A stretch of DNA of 64,000 nucleotides, taken from contig NW_024704743.1 of the NCBI RefSeq assembly GCF_018977255.1, forward strand, positions 80,478,001 through 80,542,000, written 5' to 3'. This DNA is from Callorhinchus milii (lineage: Eukaryota). Shown piece after piece: positions 37,100 to 48,982 of the stretch (position 1 is the first letter of the stretch; every line of letters starts with the position of its first letter). A model generated the notes under the pieces. It saw nothing but the letters and a program-made list of their open reading frames with translations. It was not told the DNA's origin and made no database searches. The position numbers and the translations under genes are program-made.

Positions 37100-37290
37100 T
37101 AATCCTAATAATCTTTGCATTTGTTATGGCTCCTTTCACATCAAGAGGATGTCTCAATGTATTTCACATGCTTCACAGCAGGCAATTTTGCATACAGAAA
37201 TGTCCACAAGCAGTGAATGACCAATTTCACCTGGGATATTGTTGGTCAGGATACCAGGAGAAACTCCTTTCTCTAAAGAAGGTAGTCATT
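37100..37290 (-). mobile_element. SacSINE1-like SINE 3' fragment
   Basis: Reverse-complement tail and GGAGTTTCTCCTGGTATCCTGACCAACAATATCCC. Confidence 0.75.
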
Positions 37291-37307
37291 CATACTTTAC
37301 AATGCAC

Positions 37308-37388
37308 CAAGACAGTAAGACAAGATAGGACAAGACAGTAAGGTAAGACAAGAAAGTAAGATAAGATAAGACAAGACAGTAAGACAAA
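37308..37388. repeat. Degenerate (TAAGA/CAAGA)n microsatellite
   Basis: GACAGTAAGACAAGATAGGACAAGACAGTAAG... Confidence 0.8.
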
Positions 37389-37724
37389 ATAGGTTTAGAG
37401 ATGAACAGGACAGATACCAGGAATTTTTTCTTAGTTACTGGAATAGATTGGCAGGAAGGATGGTTAAGGCCAGGATACTGGACTCATTCAAAAAACAGCT
37501 TGATGCTGTGATGGGGCGACAATACAGTGAGTATTTTGGAGGGCTGAGATCAGGTGGGCCGAAGGGCCTTCATCTGAACTAATGTCGTGAACTGAAAAAT
37601 ATACCAATCCTTGTCTTACACAGTGACATTGTCTTTGACATTTAGAAAACATCCAACATTGGCAAGAGACTGAATCCACTTTGAACTCACTTTGAATGAA
37701 GGTCTGAATGAAACGTTGAATGAA

Positions 37725-38095
37725 GGTCAATATAAATGACCTGGACTTGGGTATAGGGAGTACAAAAATTTCCAAGTTTGCAGATGATACTAAGCTAGGA
37801 AAAGTAATAAACAGTGAGGAGGATAGTAGAAGACTGCAAGAGGACATAGACAGACTTGTAAAATGGGCAGACACATGGCAGATGAAGTTTAACGTGGAGA
37901 AATGCAAAGTAAGGAATTTGGGAGGAAGAATGAGGAGAGGCAATATAAGCCGATGGTACAATCTTAATGGAGGTGAAGGAACAGAGAGACATGGGGTTTC
38001 ATATAAGTAAATCTTTGAAGGTGGCAGGACAAGTAGACACGTTGGGCCAAATGGCTTCCTTCTGTGCTGTATAATTCTATGATTCTATGATTCTA
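37725..38095 (+). mobile_element. CR1 RT fragment joined to a CR1 3' tail
   Basis: INDLDLG..ISKFADDTKLG..LQEDIDRLVKWADTWQMKFNVEKCKV; tail (ATTCTATG)n at about 38074-38095. Confidence 0.93.
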
Positions 38096-38964
38096 AATCA
38101 AGTTAAGTACTTGAATCCTGGCTAGCAGAGTCACTCCTAACAGAAACACATCTCCTATTGGCTTGTCATAGCGCAACATTAAAAGATGGCAAAGGAAAAC
38201 TTGGTGACTGAAGACATTCATAGACACATCAGTGCCTTAGTCTGTCAGCCAAGGGGAGAAATTCCTGGGTCTAGATTGACTTTATTTATCTTGAAGCATC
38301 TAAGACTACAACAGAGACCAATAAAAAACAAAATATCTAGGAGGTGGTTCAGTGTCCAAGCAGTATGTAATGGAATCACCTCCAGCAAGCTTTGCTAAAT
38401 GGTGTTGCAGGTTAATAGGGACCCACAGGAAGGTAGGTAAGACTGCAGTGTGAAACATGGAGAAACAGGACAGATGTATGCTACTTCTCACCGTATTAAC
38501 TGTGCTCAGCCATACATACATTAGATAGTATCCTTAATCCTACTAATAGAGAGTCATTAAAGCAAAAAATCATGCAGAACAACAGTCGCTTTGCTTAGAA
38601 TATTATGGGCTATTACATGAGTGTACAGGAATATTGATGGTAGATATTGGAAAAAGCTGCAGTGCTGCCACAGTTTGTTTGTTTGGGCAAATACTGTGTC
38701 AAAACTGTAGAGCTCTACAAGTTCACATGTTAGTACTGCAATTATATGTGGGAATGATTTGCTTTGCTCAAGTGCGCACAATACTTGTGTTGATTGAGCA
38801 GGGTCTGTCAGTTTGGTTGTTTAGTAACTGCTTAATGGTAAATGTATTGAGACACAGAGAGACTGCATTCAGGAGGTTGTTACCATGGCCTCTGGTACCT
38901 GCTGGATAATGTACTTTACTTCACGTTCCACGCTGAAAAGTGGCAGAGTGTAACAGAATAGAGA

Positions 38965-39420
38965 TGTCAGCCTAATTCAGCTGGTAGCACTCTCGTTTCT
39001 AAATCAGAAGCTTCTGGGTTCAAACCAACAATCTTAAGCTTTACAGTCTATGCTCACACTCCAATGCAGTGCTGAAGGTGTGCTGCTTTGTCAGAGATAC
39101 TGTTTTTCAGTTGAGACATTAAACCGAGGTCCCACCTACCTGTTCAGATGGACATTAAAGATCCTACGGCACAATTCAAAAAGCGAAGGAAGTTTCTCCT
39201 GTGTCCTCGCGAACAATCCCCAAGATAAAATTGGTCATTCGCATCATGGCTGTTTTGTGGGACATTGCTGTTAGCAAAATTGGCAACTGTGTTCGCCTAC
39301 ACTTCGAAAGTGCATCCCCTACCTAAAACAGTCACTGCAGTAAATGAGTATATTCTGTGAACCGCTTTGAGACATCTCAAAGACTTGGTAAGGTGTTATA
39401 TCAAATGCAAGGATTATTAC
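38965..39420 (+). mobile_element. Near full-length SacSINE1-like Deu-SINE
   Basis: tRNA-like head (TGGTAGCACTCTCG..GGGTTCAAACC), body, Deu motif, L2-type tail. Confidence 0.9.
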
Positions 39421-40059
39421 GTAAAGCGATTTGAGACATTCTTCTGTAAGGATTATTATTTTTAACAGAAAATACTGGAAATGTACAGCAGGTCAATCAG
39501 CATCTGAAATGGGTTAATGAAAGCTGAGAATGTTCACACTGTAAGAGAAGATTCAGAAAAGATTTTACTTTTGTATTTAAGATTCTAAAGGCCAGAGTTT
39601 AACATTTCAATGGGATTAATATACAGTTTAAATTCAGTTGTTTGCAATGCACCAATTCTGAACAAAGTCAGATGTGCTGCCAGCAAACCCTTCTGACATA
39701 GTTCTCAGTGCAAACAGCTGTGAGGCAAGGTCGTCCATTAGAATTCCGACTTGTGGATCGCAGCCGATTAACAAAGCTCAGAATCAGAGTAGGTTCCACT
39801 TCCACCTCAGAGCCAGTGGATACATTACAGATTACCATATTTAAATCGCACATTTTGGCCATTATGCTTAATTGGATCAAAAAAATCCAGAGCAAAAGTG
39901 TATGGACCCTCTCTCGGAAAAGGACGGGTGGAGAGATAGCTCAGATTTAATTACTTTATACAGAGGTGAATATGTAAATAGATTATCCAGGGAGACAATG
40001 GAGGCAGATTGCGTCAACAAAATTCACATAAGATTTCAAAAGCTGCTCAGATGAAGAAG

Positions 40060-40285
40060 TTCATATGGCCAATTTGATCTCATTTCATCCTACTGTCCAT
40101 CCAATACTACATCAAACTGTTTCTTAAATGAGTGCTGCGTCCTGCCTCAGATACCCTTCATAGTAACCATTTCAAGATGTTAATTACCTGCTGTATAAAG
40201 AAATACTTTCCTGTGTCTGTCCCGAAATTGCATGTTTCAGTCTTGAACCTGTGTCCTCTTGTTCTGCTGCCTTGGCATATCTGAA
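40060..40285 (-). mobile_element. CR1 3' fragment
   Basis: Minus strand AGAACAAGAGGACACAGG..ACAGACACAGGAAAGTATTTCTTTATACAGCAGGTAATT; subfamily shared with 56330-56530, 59445-59660 and 44590-44885. Confidence 0.78.
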
Positions 40286-41082
40286 AATGAAGAGGGAATT
40301 GAAACAACTTGCAATTATATAATGTCCTTCACAGAGGATAATGTCTCAAAGTTCTTCAATTCCCGTAAATAGCAAGTTAACACATTATTCAATTAAGAAT
40401 GAGAGATTGAGTAGGATTATTTTCTAATATTAAGAATAGGTAGGGGATTCGGTGACTAGGGGACATAGTTTCTGATCGTCACAAAAAACTCGAAAGATAA
40501 GTTTTACTTAGAGGTTTGTTGGGATGTGGAATGCTCTGGCAAGCAGCTCTGCAAAGTATTCTGAGACGTTACCCTACATGAAGGTGCTATATCAATGCAC
40601 ATTGTTGTTGGTGTTGCTGAAAAATAGAAAAGAGTTAAAAAGCAAAATTTGGCTACAATTTGTAAACTTTGTGAAACCGGTTGAATTAAGCTTCACAATA
40701 CAATGATTAATTTGCACCTTTTTATGAGAGCTTTATTTTACCGTAAGCAATTGATTCTATAAACCACTTGAGGCAAAGTTTACCAGCCACAAAAATAAAC
40801 AATTTTCACTTTGCCTGCCTCAATTTCTCAGAAAATAGTACTGTGAAAAGTCAAGGTTTCTAGTTGACACCTGGGTGATTGTCCAATTGTCAATAAATTT
40901 AGGAACCTTGGCCAACAAACAACTCCTATTATCCAATGGTCAGTAAATTTACAATAAATAAAAAGCAACTTTGACAGTGTTACTTTGGAATTTTCAATTT
41001 CACAACAGGGAAGGTGAATAGATACCACTATTTAAAATATGGCCTTTGTGACCTGTTTCAAAGAGGATTCATATGTATAGAA

Positions 41083-41208
41083 TTCTGCAGATAACCAGAG
41101 TTGCATCATGCTGACCCACGGGATCTCTACTCCATCACATCTGGAAGGAATTCTTGTTAGAAGGGAGTTCCTGTAGTTCAGCATGACACACAACTGGTTA
41201 TCTGCAGG
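41083..41208. repeat. About 125-bp imperfect palindrome (MITE-like or RNA hairpin)
   Basis: CTGCAGATAACCAG (41085-41098) pairs with 41194-41207; TCATGCTGA (41106-41114) pairs with 41178-41186. Confidence 0.8.
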
Positions 41209-41263
41209 ACTTGATATTTATTATTCCTGTTGCAAATATTGTACCATGTTTGAGACCCTAGTA

Positions 41264-41548
41264 CTATTCCCTTGAGCTTAGAAGGTTGAGGGGTGATATA
41301 ATTGAGGTTTTTAAAATAATAAAGGGATTATATAGGGTAGCTACAGAGAAACTAATTCCTCCGGTGGGGGAATCCAGAACAAGGGGGCATAATCTTAAAA
41401 TTAGAGCTAAGCCATTTAGAAGTGAAATCGGGAGGCAGTTTTTCACCCAAAGTAATTGGAGTTGAGATACAGATCAGCCATGATCTTATAGAATGGCAGA
41501 ACAGGCTCGAATGGCCTACTCCTGTTCCTATGTTCCAATGTTCCTATA
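41264..41548 (+). mobile_element. CR1 3' end with an internal deletion
   Basis: YSLELRRLRGDIIEVFKIIKG..SRTRGHNLKIRAKPFRSEIGRQFF; tail TGTTCCTATGTTCC. Confidence 0.9.
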
Positions 41549-42019
41549 TACTGTATAGCTTTAACTACTTTGTAATGGATATGCAAAATGGACTAACCAG
41601 GTGAGACTGTGCCAGCAAGCGCAAAGAGAATTAAGTAGATATTTCGTAAAGAAATTGATTTAAGACGTATAATTTAATTTGAAATAGGTCAGATGGACAG
41701 CAGTAGGTCTTTTTCAGTGCAATATATTCCTTAATTTACAGACAATCACATAATCACCCTATTAGCAAATTTAGCAACAAATTCAGTCAAAAGGTCTAAG
41801 TGAATTTTCATTACATATTCCTAACTCTGTATAACTGTTGTTGAGCTCTGCTTCTTAACATTCACAGACTGTTAACCATCACAGTTGCAGAATCACTGCT
41901 GACTGCTGTAGCAGAACACCCATTTTGATCATGAAAACATTTAATATTCTGATAGAATTAATAGTCCTGTTCTACTTTACATTGATCATGACCTTTCAAT
42001 CAGACTGAGGATATGACAG

Positions 42020-42295
42020 AAAAACTGTCAAGAGTTAACTGAAATTTAGACCCCAAATAGGATGTATCTTAATCTTTTAAGTCTATTTTGTCTGAAGATT
42101 TAAGATCATGCAGAATTGTAGAAAATCCTTAAAACGAGTCTCAATTTGGTTTAATTCATAAAAAGATCCAACTTCTAAATTAAGATCAAATCTAATAATG
42201 TTCCTCCATTCTGGAGATATTTGCACGTATCTGAAATTTCTAAAATTTAAATGCGAAGTTATTTCAATGGTGAAAACTAGGTGGAATTTCAATCC
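42020..42295. mobile_element. Degenerate member of the palindromic MITE family
   Basis: Right end CTAGGTGGAATTTCAATCC matches the family TIR; internal CAGAATTG..AATTAAGA arms. Confidence 0.5.
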
Positions 42296-42789
42296 TTTTC
42301 TGTTTGTTAATGGTAATTGCTATTTTATTAATATGTTATGACACCATAATTTGCATTGTGGCTTCACACTTGAGGTAGAAACCAGATAATCCAAAAGAGC
42401 TCTGAAAATGAGACTACAAAAAAGGACCCATATTTGTTTTGTGGTCTACCGGGTGTCTGACACATGGAAACCCATCACCATGCAAGTATCCAAACCAGAC
42501 TGAGAGTTCCACATATGTATGCCACCTGCATGTGAAAATTTCTTTTAAAATTTGGTTCTATTTTTTCTCTCCAGTGGCATATCTCTGTTCCCTGTCTGGC
42601 CTCCACTTGCCTGGATTACCTTTCAAGGGTGTTCCTTACCCTCCTGGGGCTATGTGGCTGGCTTTCACTCAACACCCCTTCACAATGACATTGAAATAGA
42701 ACCCAAAACTCAAAGTGTGAGGAACTGGACATAAAGATAGAGCCTTGAAGCTCCACTGCTCCAAATTTCAGATCTCAATACAGAATTCA

Positions 42790-43505
42790 TATTAGACCAT
42801 AATATCAAGGCCTGGATGAAAGCAAATTTCCTGCGGCTGAATGTTGGCAATATGAAAGCCATACCCTTTGGCTCCCATCAACATCTTCGCTCCTGCAAGG
42901 TCTGAACTCATCAACCTCCCCGAGCTCTCCCTCAGACTCACCGAACCCGTGCGCAACATAGGCATCAGGTTTGATTCCCAGCTTTCCTTTCTACCCCACA
43001 TCCGTTCCCTGACCAGGACCACATTTTTCCACCTCCGTCACAATCAAAAGCAGCAGAAACCCTCATCCACGCCTTCGTCACTTCCCAGCCGGACTATTCC
43101 AATGCCCTCCTCGCTGATCTCCCCAGCTCCATCGTACACAAAATTCAGCTAATTTAAAACTCCGCCACCCGGATACTCACCCGCACAAAACTCTGTACCT
43201 CCATCACACCAGTCCTTTGGCTCCCAATTACCGAACAGATTGATTTCAAGATCCTCTCACTGGGTTACAAATCCCTTCATGCCTCCCTATGAATCCGAAT
43301 TGCTTACCCCCCCACTCCACCACCCGCTGTCTTCCCTCGGCCAGCTCCGGCCTCCTTTTTGCTCTTTATCCCCCCCACTCCACCATTGGTGGCTGTGCCT
43401 TCAGCCACTATGCCCCAAAACTCTGGAACTCTCCCCCTCAACCCTCCACCTTGCCCCCTCCCTGCCAACTCTCAAATCCCGCTAAAGACCTTCCTTTATG
43501 ATCAT
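42790..43505 (+). mobile_element. L2 LINE 3' fragment
   Basis: IKAWMKANFLRLN, VRNIGIRFDSQLSFLPHI, IGGCAFSHYAPKLWNS. Confidence 0.9.
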
Positions 43506-44342
43506 GATCCTTCTGTGCTATAATATTCTATGATTCCCTTGTTTACTCAGCCCCATCCTCAGCTATTTCTCAACAAACACTTTTCTACAACAGTTGAAAA
43601 TATAGACCTAACCCAGTGTTTGTTCTGACTCCACTCTTTCTATATAGTCCTTTTACTTCTTCACATAGAGACTCCATCAATCCATTGTTTCACATCTGAT
43701 TAAGCATTGTGCCAAAAACAAACTATTTTTCTCTTCAGTTGCTCCGCAAACTTAGTTGTGTTCTATTTTTAATGTCAGATTTTCAGCTTCTTTAGAGTAT
43801 GTTGCCCTCTGGTGCTCATAAGGCAGATTTCAGTTTATTTCACTGCAATTCTGATCAGAGAATGGAATTAAAGTCTCATAAAATGAAGTTCTATTGTGAG
43901 GTAATATCTCCTGAAACACAGAAAAATGCTTGTCAATATATCTTTTTGCACAGTGAAGATCAATTCATAATTACTGCATACAATGTTTCCATGATCTCCA
44001 GGACTGAAGAGACATGTATAGATTGCAAATTCCCCACAAGGTTATGACTTGAGTAGCACCCCAACAGTTCCTAGTGCTAGTGCCTAGTGCTTTAACTGAT
44101 ACGCTTTGCTCAGGCCACTCTATTATATACAGGGGTGAAAAATGTGATGTTTCATAATAGAATTGACTTCATCACAACAAAGATTCAATCTGCTAATTAT
44201 GATATGAAATCTGTTATGAAACTTCATGTTTCACCTATTGTTCTAGTTACCATAGCATTAAATGACTGCCCAGGTCCTTGGGATAATGCAAAGCAGAGCA
44301 TCAAAGCCAATTCCCACAATGATTGAAAAAGCTAGAGCTCCT

Positions 44343-44545
44343 CAACAACAACAACTTGCATTTATATAGCGCCCTACACACAGGTAGCATCTCGGAGCAC
44401 TGTACAGAGGCGAGATTGGATGCTGAGCAAGGGGGAAGGGAAGTAACCATAGTCGCAGTCGAAAAGGTAGGTCTTCAGGTGGGATATAAAGATAGATAAA
44501 GAGTGGTGAGACTGAGGGAATAAGGTAGAGAGTTCCAGAATTAGG
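44343..44545 (-). mobile_element. L2 tail fragment (older subfamily)
   Basis: CAACAACAACAACTTGCATTTATATAGCGCCC..GTAGCATCTCGGAGC; similar to 10205-10400 and 58193-58400. Confidence 0.82.
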
Positions 44546-44589
44546 AGCAGCTTCTAAAGAAGATATCTCAGAGAGGACTTTACGAAAGT

Positions 44590-44885
44590 GTATAAGATTT
44601 TAAATAAAACAAAAAACAAAAACCCTGAACAGTACCTTTAAGAAAGACCAAGGCAACAGAACTTGGTTCAGAGGTTGTGAATGGCAATTTCAGGACTGAC
44701 ACCTGTATAAGAAATATAAGAATTTCTTTACACAGAAGCTGCAACAAGTTTCCAGAAAGATTAGTTGAAGTCAGAGCATGGGTTCATTCAAGAATCAGCT
44801 TGATGTTGCAATGTGGAGATGTTTGAGTGAGTAATCTGGAAGGCTGAGATCAAATTAACCAAAGGGCCTTTATTATCCAAATATT
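44590..44885 (+). mobile_element. CR1 3' fragment
   Basis: TTTCAGGACTGAC..TTCTTTACACAGA..TTCATTCAAGAATCAGCTTGATG..GCTGAGATCAAATT. Confidence 0.72.
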
Positions 44886-44959
44886 TCTTCCGATTTTTCC
44901 CCATCTCCCGGTCAGAAAAAAAAGGAGGGGATCAGGGATAGAGATATTAGTCTGGGATA

Positions 44960-45380
44960 TTACTCTACCTTGAGGGTGAGAGGAGAAAACATTGGAGGAG
45001 AAAAAGTGAAGGTAATAGGTCAAATAGCGTTGGAACTAGGAGAGCAGTCCCAAGGAGGTGGATGAGGGAAGAGAGGCGATCAAAGAGGATGGAATAGTCT
45101 GCATTGATGAAAGCAGCAGAGAGATCAAGGAGGACTAGGTATAGAGGGAGCCCTGGTACCTTTGATGTGGGCTGTCTGGGGATTAGCTGGAGGGGCTCGA
45201 GGAGGGAGTGGAGCAAAAAGCTGAAAGCAAAGTTGAGTGAAATTCCAGGACTTTGAATGGGAAGGGCAGATTGGAAAAGGTTTAGTAAAAGGAGAGTTTG
45301 GAGGGATTGAGGGTAGGATTTCTGAGGAGAGGGGAGGTATCAGTGCTTTTGAAAGCAGTTTCCTGAATTGTTTTTCCACC
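44960..45380 (-). mobile_element. Old L2 RT fragment
   Basis: Minus-strand [24 protein letters not shown]. Confidence 0.85.
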
Positions 45381-45630
45381 TGGATACTGTAATCAATTAT
45401 GCTGTGTGGTAGCAGTGACCAGGAGCAGAGCTGAGTAGAGAGAGGAATGTTCGCACTAGTCTTAAGTTAGGAACAAATTAATGGTGATTCTTAATGGCTG
45501 AGACAATACCCTGTGTGGAAGGTGCTATATAAGTGTATGTTGTTGCTGTTTGTTGTTTCTTGTTCTAATTAACACAAGGAACATGTTTAGAAACACCTCA
45601 AATTATACAATAACACTGTGCACAAAGTAA

Positions 45631-45755
45631 GACAGAGTACATGCTGAATCTCTGGGGGTATTCAGATGGAGTACGTGTCCAGTCTCTGGGAGTATACAGA
45701 GAGAAAGTGTCCAATCTCTGGGGTTGTATAGACACAGTATATGTCCAATCTCTGG
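45631..45755. repeat. Degenerate minisatellite of about 34 bp, about 3.7 copies
   Basis: Recurring GAGTA..TGTCCAATCTCTGGGG.TAT.CA. Confidence 0.8.
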
Positions 45756-46231
45756 TCACTTGGCATCAACCTAATGGACTTTGACAATGTGCCTCTCTCC
45801 AGAAGGTGAATCGGGATAAGCAATAATTAATAGGTTGAAAAATTACCTTTTCTACCAGCAATCACTCACATCCCAAAGTCTGTTGTTCCTCCTGACGTGA
45901 AAGGCACTATACAAATGTAATCTTGTTGTTATTGTTGTTGTTGTTGTACTTCTGCTGAGCTGAGAATCTTCCCTAATAACCATTTCGATCACATTAGAAA
46001 TGGCAAGTGTGAAGTTTTGAACTAGGTATCATTAGCTGCTTTGACTCTACACTCATATCCACACAAAGGGGAGGCCATCACATCAAGGTAGTGACACAAA
46101 GCCAAATAATAACAAAGCTCCCTGGATGTGAACTAGTGGGGCAGAATAGCTTCAGCTTTCAGACATCTCGTTTACCTTTCTGAAGCAGTAGTCGTTTACC
46201 TACAAAATACACAGTCACTGCATTTTCCAAT

Positions 46232-47435
46232 GAACAACAATAACAATTTACACTTGTATAACGCCCTTCACATCGGAAGATGGTTTGGGTTTTGGTTTGG
46301 GAGTTGGGGTCAGGAGGGGTGGAGGCAGGGGGGATTGGGGTGGGAGGGTGGCCAAAGGCACAGTTGAAGAGGAAGGTCTTTAGACAGGACTTGGAGGAAA
46401 AAGAGGGGGTGAGGTGGAGGGATTGCGGAATAGAGTTCCAGAGTGTGGGGCCAGAGATCCTGAATGCCCTTCCCCCAATGGTGGGGCGGGAAATGCTGGA
46501 CACCTGGAGTAGGCCAGTGTCCGCCGAGCAGAGGGAGCGGACAGGCTGATCTGGGGTTAGGAGGTCACAGAGGTAGGAGAAGCAAAGGCCATGGAGGGCT
46601 TTGAAGGTGAGAATGAGGGTTTTGAACTCGATTCTCTGAGGGATGGGGAGCCAGTGAAGCCGGGCAAGGATGGGGGTAATCGGTTCAGGAAGCCTGGTAC
46701 AGGAGAGGACACAAGCTGCAGAGTTCTGAATAATCTCGGCGGCCCATGGTGAGAGGCAGTGGCAGAGGTGGGCAATGTTGTGGAGGTGTGGAAAAGCAGA
46801 ACGGTTCACAGCACAAATGTGGGGTTTGAAGGATAGCTGAGGGTCGAACAGCACACCGAGGTTCCATATTGACTCAGTGAGGTGTAGAGTGCAACCATGA
46901 ACAGTAATGTTGTCAGCGCCTGAGGTGAGTAGGTGCTGACGGGAGCCAAGCAGGAGGGCTCTGTATTGCCAACATTCAGCTGGAGGAAGTTGGTTCTTGT
47001 GCAGGACTTGATGTCTGACAGACAATTAGTCAGGACAGCAGCAGTCCTGGAGTCAAGAGTGGAGACAGCGAGGTAGAGTTGGGTGTCATCTGCATTCATA
47101 TGGAAATTGACCTCATGCCTGCGGCTGACATCACTGAGCAGGACCATGTATAGATTGAAGAGGAGGAGATTGAGGACAAAGCTCTGAGGGACATCACACG
47201 TAACAGTCCGGGGCCTAGAGGAGAAGCCATTAGTGGACATGAATTGCAGACAATGGGAAAGGTAAAATTGAAACTAGGCCAGAACAGAACTGTTAAGGTG
47301 GAGGTGAGAGGAGAGGCAGCGGAGAAGAATAGAGCGGTCAACAGTATCGAAAGTGGCCGAGAGGTCGAGAAGGATGAGGAGACAGAGAAAGCCCTGGTCA
47401 CAGGTGTACAGAGTCTCATTGATCACTTTGACCTG
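46232..47435 (-). mobile_element. L2 LINE 3' 1.2 kb, intermediate age
   Basis: Minus-strand [44 protein letters not shown]; frameshifted homologue of about 32570-33950. Confidence 0.95.
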
Positions 47436-48982
47436 TGATCCTGTTAAATCCTGTGAAGCACTTTGAGACTGCCTCCCAAAGTGAAAAGTGCTATATCGAA
47501 TGCAAGGATTATTATAAATTATAAGTCTAAGCAACCCACTCACAGTCAATTGAAAATACTCTCCCTAATTCATATCCTCCAAACCATTTCTTTTGTGAAG
47601 TAGAAAAGCTGTCGAAAAAAAGGCATGTTTCATTATTACCAACTAAAGCTCCGTAATGCTTACTGTGAAGCAAGCAAACCATATTTCAATGATGCAATTC
47701 AATTTACCTTGAAGCAATAACTACTCAACATTATATTATTCTGTTTGACCACAAGCGATTTACTTGTAATTTTATCCATTTAAGGTTACAGGGTCTGCAG
47801 AGCTGCTCTGCGTGAGAATTGTACAAAAAGCTGGCAATTGAAAAAGAACCTACGAACCACTCCTCACATTGCTGACATTATATAAAATTCAGTTTAGCCA
47901 CAAATCCTTAGTGCTGTATAAACAACTACACTTCAAGAACCTCTGCAGAAAACTCCCAGAAAAGCTTTTGAGAGAAAAATTGCAATTTATGATGGTCAGA
48001 AAATGTGGTTAAAATGTGCATTTAAAAGCTGCCTTTATAATCAGGTTTATGATTGAATGCTCACTCCCCTCCCTCATAATAATAATAAGCCTTGCATTTG
48101 ATTATTATTCTACCACAGAATTTTCACATTCAAAATATTTGCTCCATGTTAACTTAGTTAGTGAGAAACCCAGAGGCCTTTATTCCAGGCAGCAGAGTTT
48201 TTTTATTTAGATGTTAACCTTTAACCTCAATTTTAAGACAACATCTGGTGAAAAATTAATAAACCGATGGTGAGTGGAGTGAATTGATCATTTTCCTGCA
48301 GACACTCAGCACAGTACCTGTCCATATGGACCAAATTACACTTTATTTTATATCTATATTTCTTCAAGTTCTCCCATGAGTGACTGTGACTAAAAAAAAT
48401 GAGCAGGCAATATGCTTTGCAATTTTTGGTCTTTTTTCAGTCCTTGGACTTTGGCAGCAGAATTGCATATGTTGTTAACATGTTGTATGACCAATAAATG
48501 CAGTGCACCTAGTCTACCGTTTCTACCAAGCCATTCTTTGACCAGCAGGTTGTGTCCTGTGGTGGAGAGAGCAAGCTCTGTTCACTGCCCATCTCTGACA
48601 GCTCCCATTTCTTACAAACAATGCATAGATAGAAAAGAAGATTCACTCTCATTGAAACATAAATTTTTGTAGCCATTTCCGCAATATGTTGCTCTGTCAG
48701 CTCTTTATAGAACCACTCAGTGCTTCGGATTGCCTTTTCCAATTTGGACAGATTTTCAGAACTTTAGCTGCACAGGAGCTGCTTAGGGGAAAATTGTGAT
48801 TTTGTTCTGCGTTTATTAATTGAGACAACTTGCCTCTATGTCCAACAACAGCAAATATCCTCCGGGTATGTTCCACTCATCTATCTAAATAACATTTGAA
48901 AGGTTTCCTTTGGTGCATGTTTGTAATAAAGTTAAAGTCCACTAGAGGTCACGCTATATTAATATTATCCTCTCTACATTGG

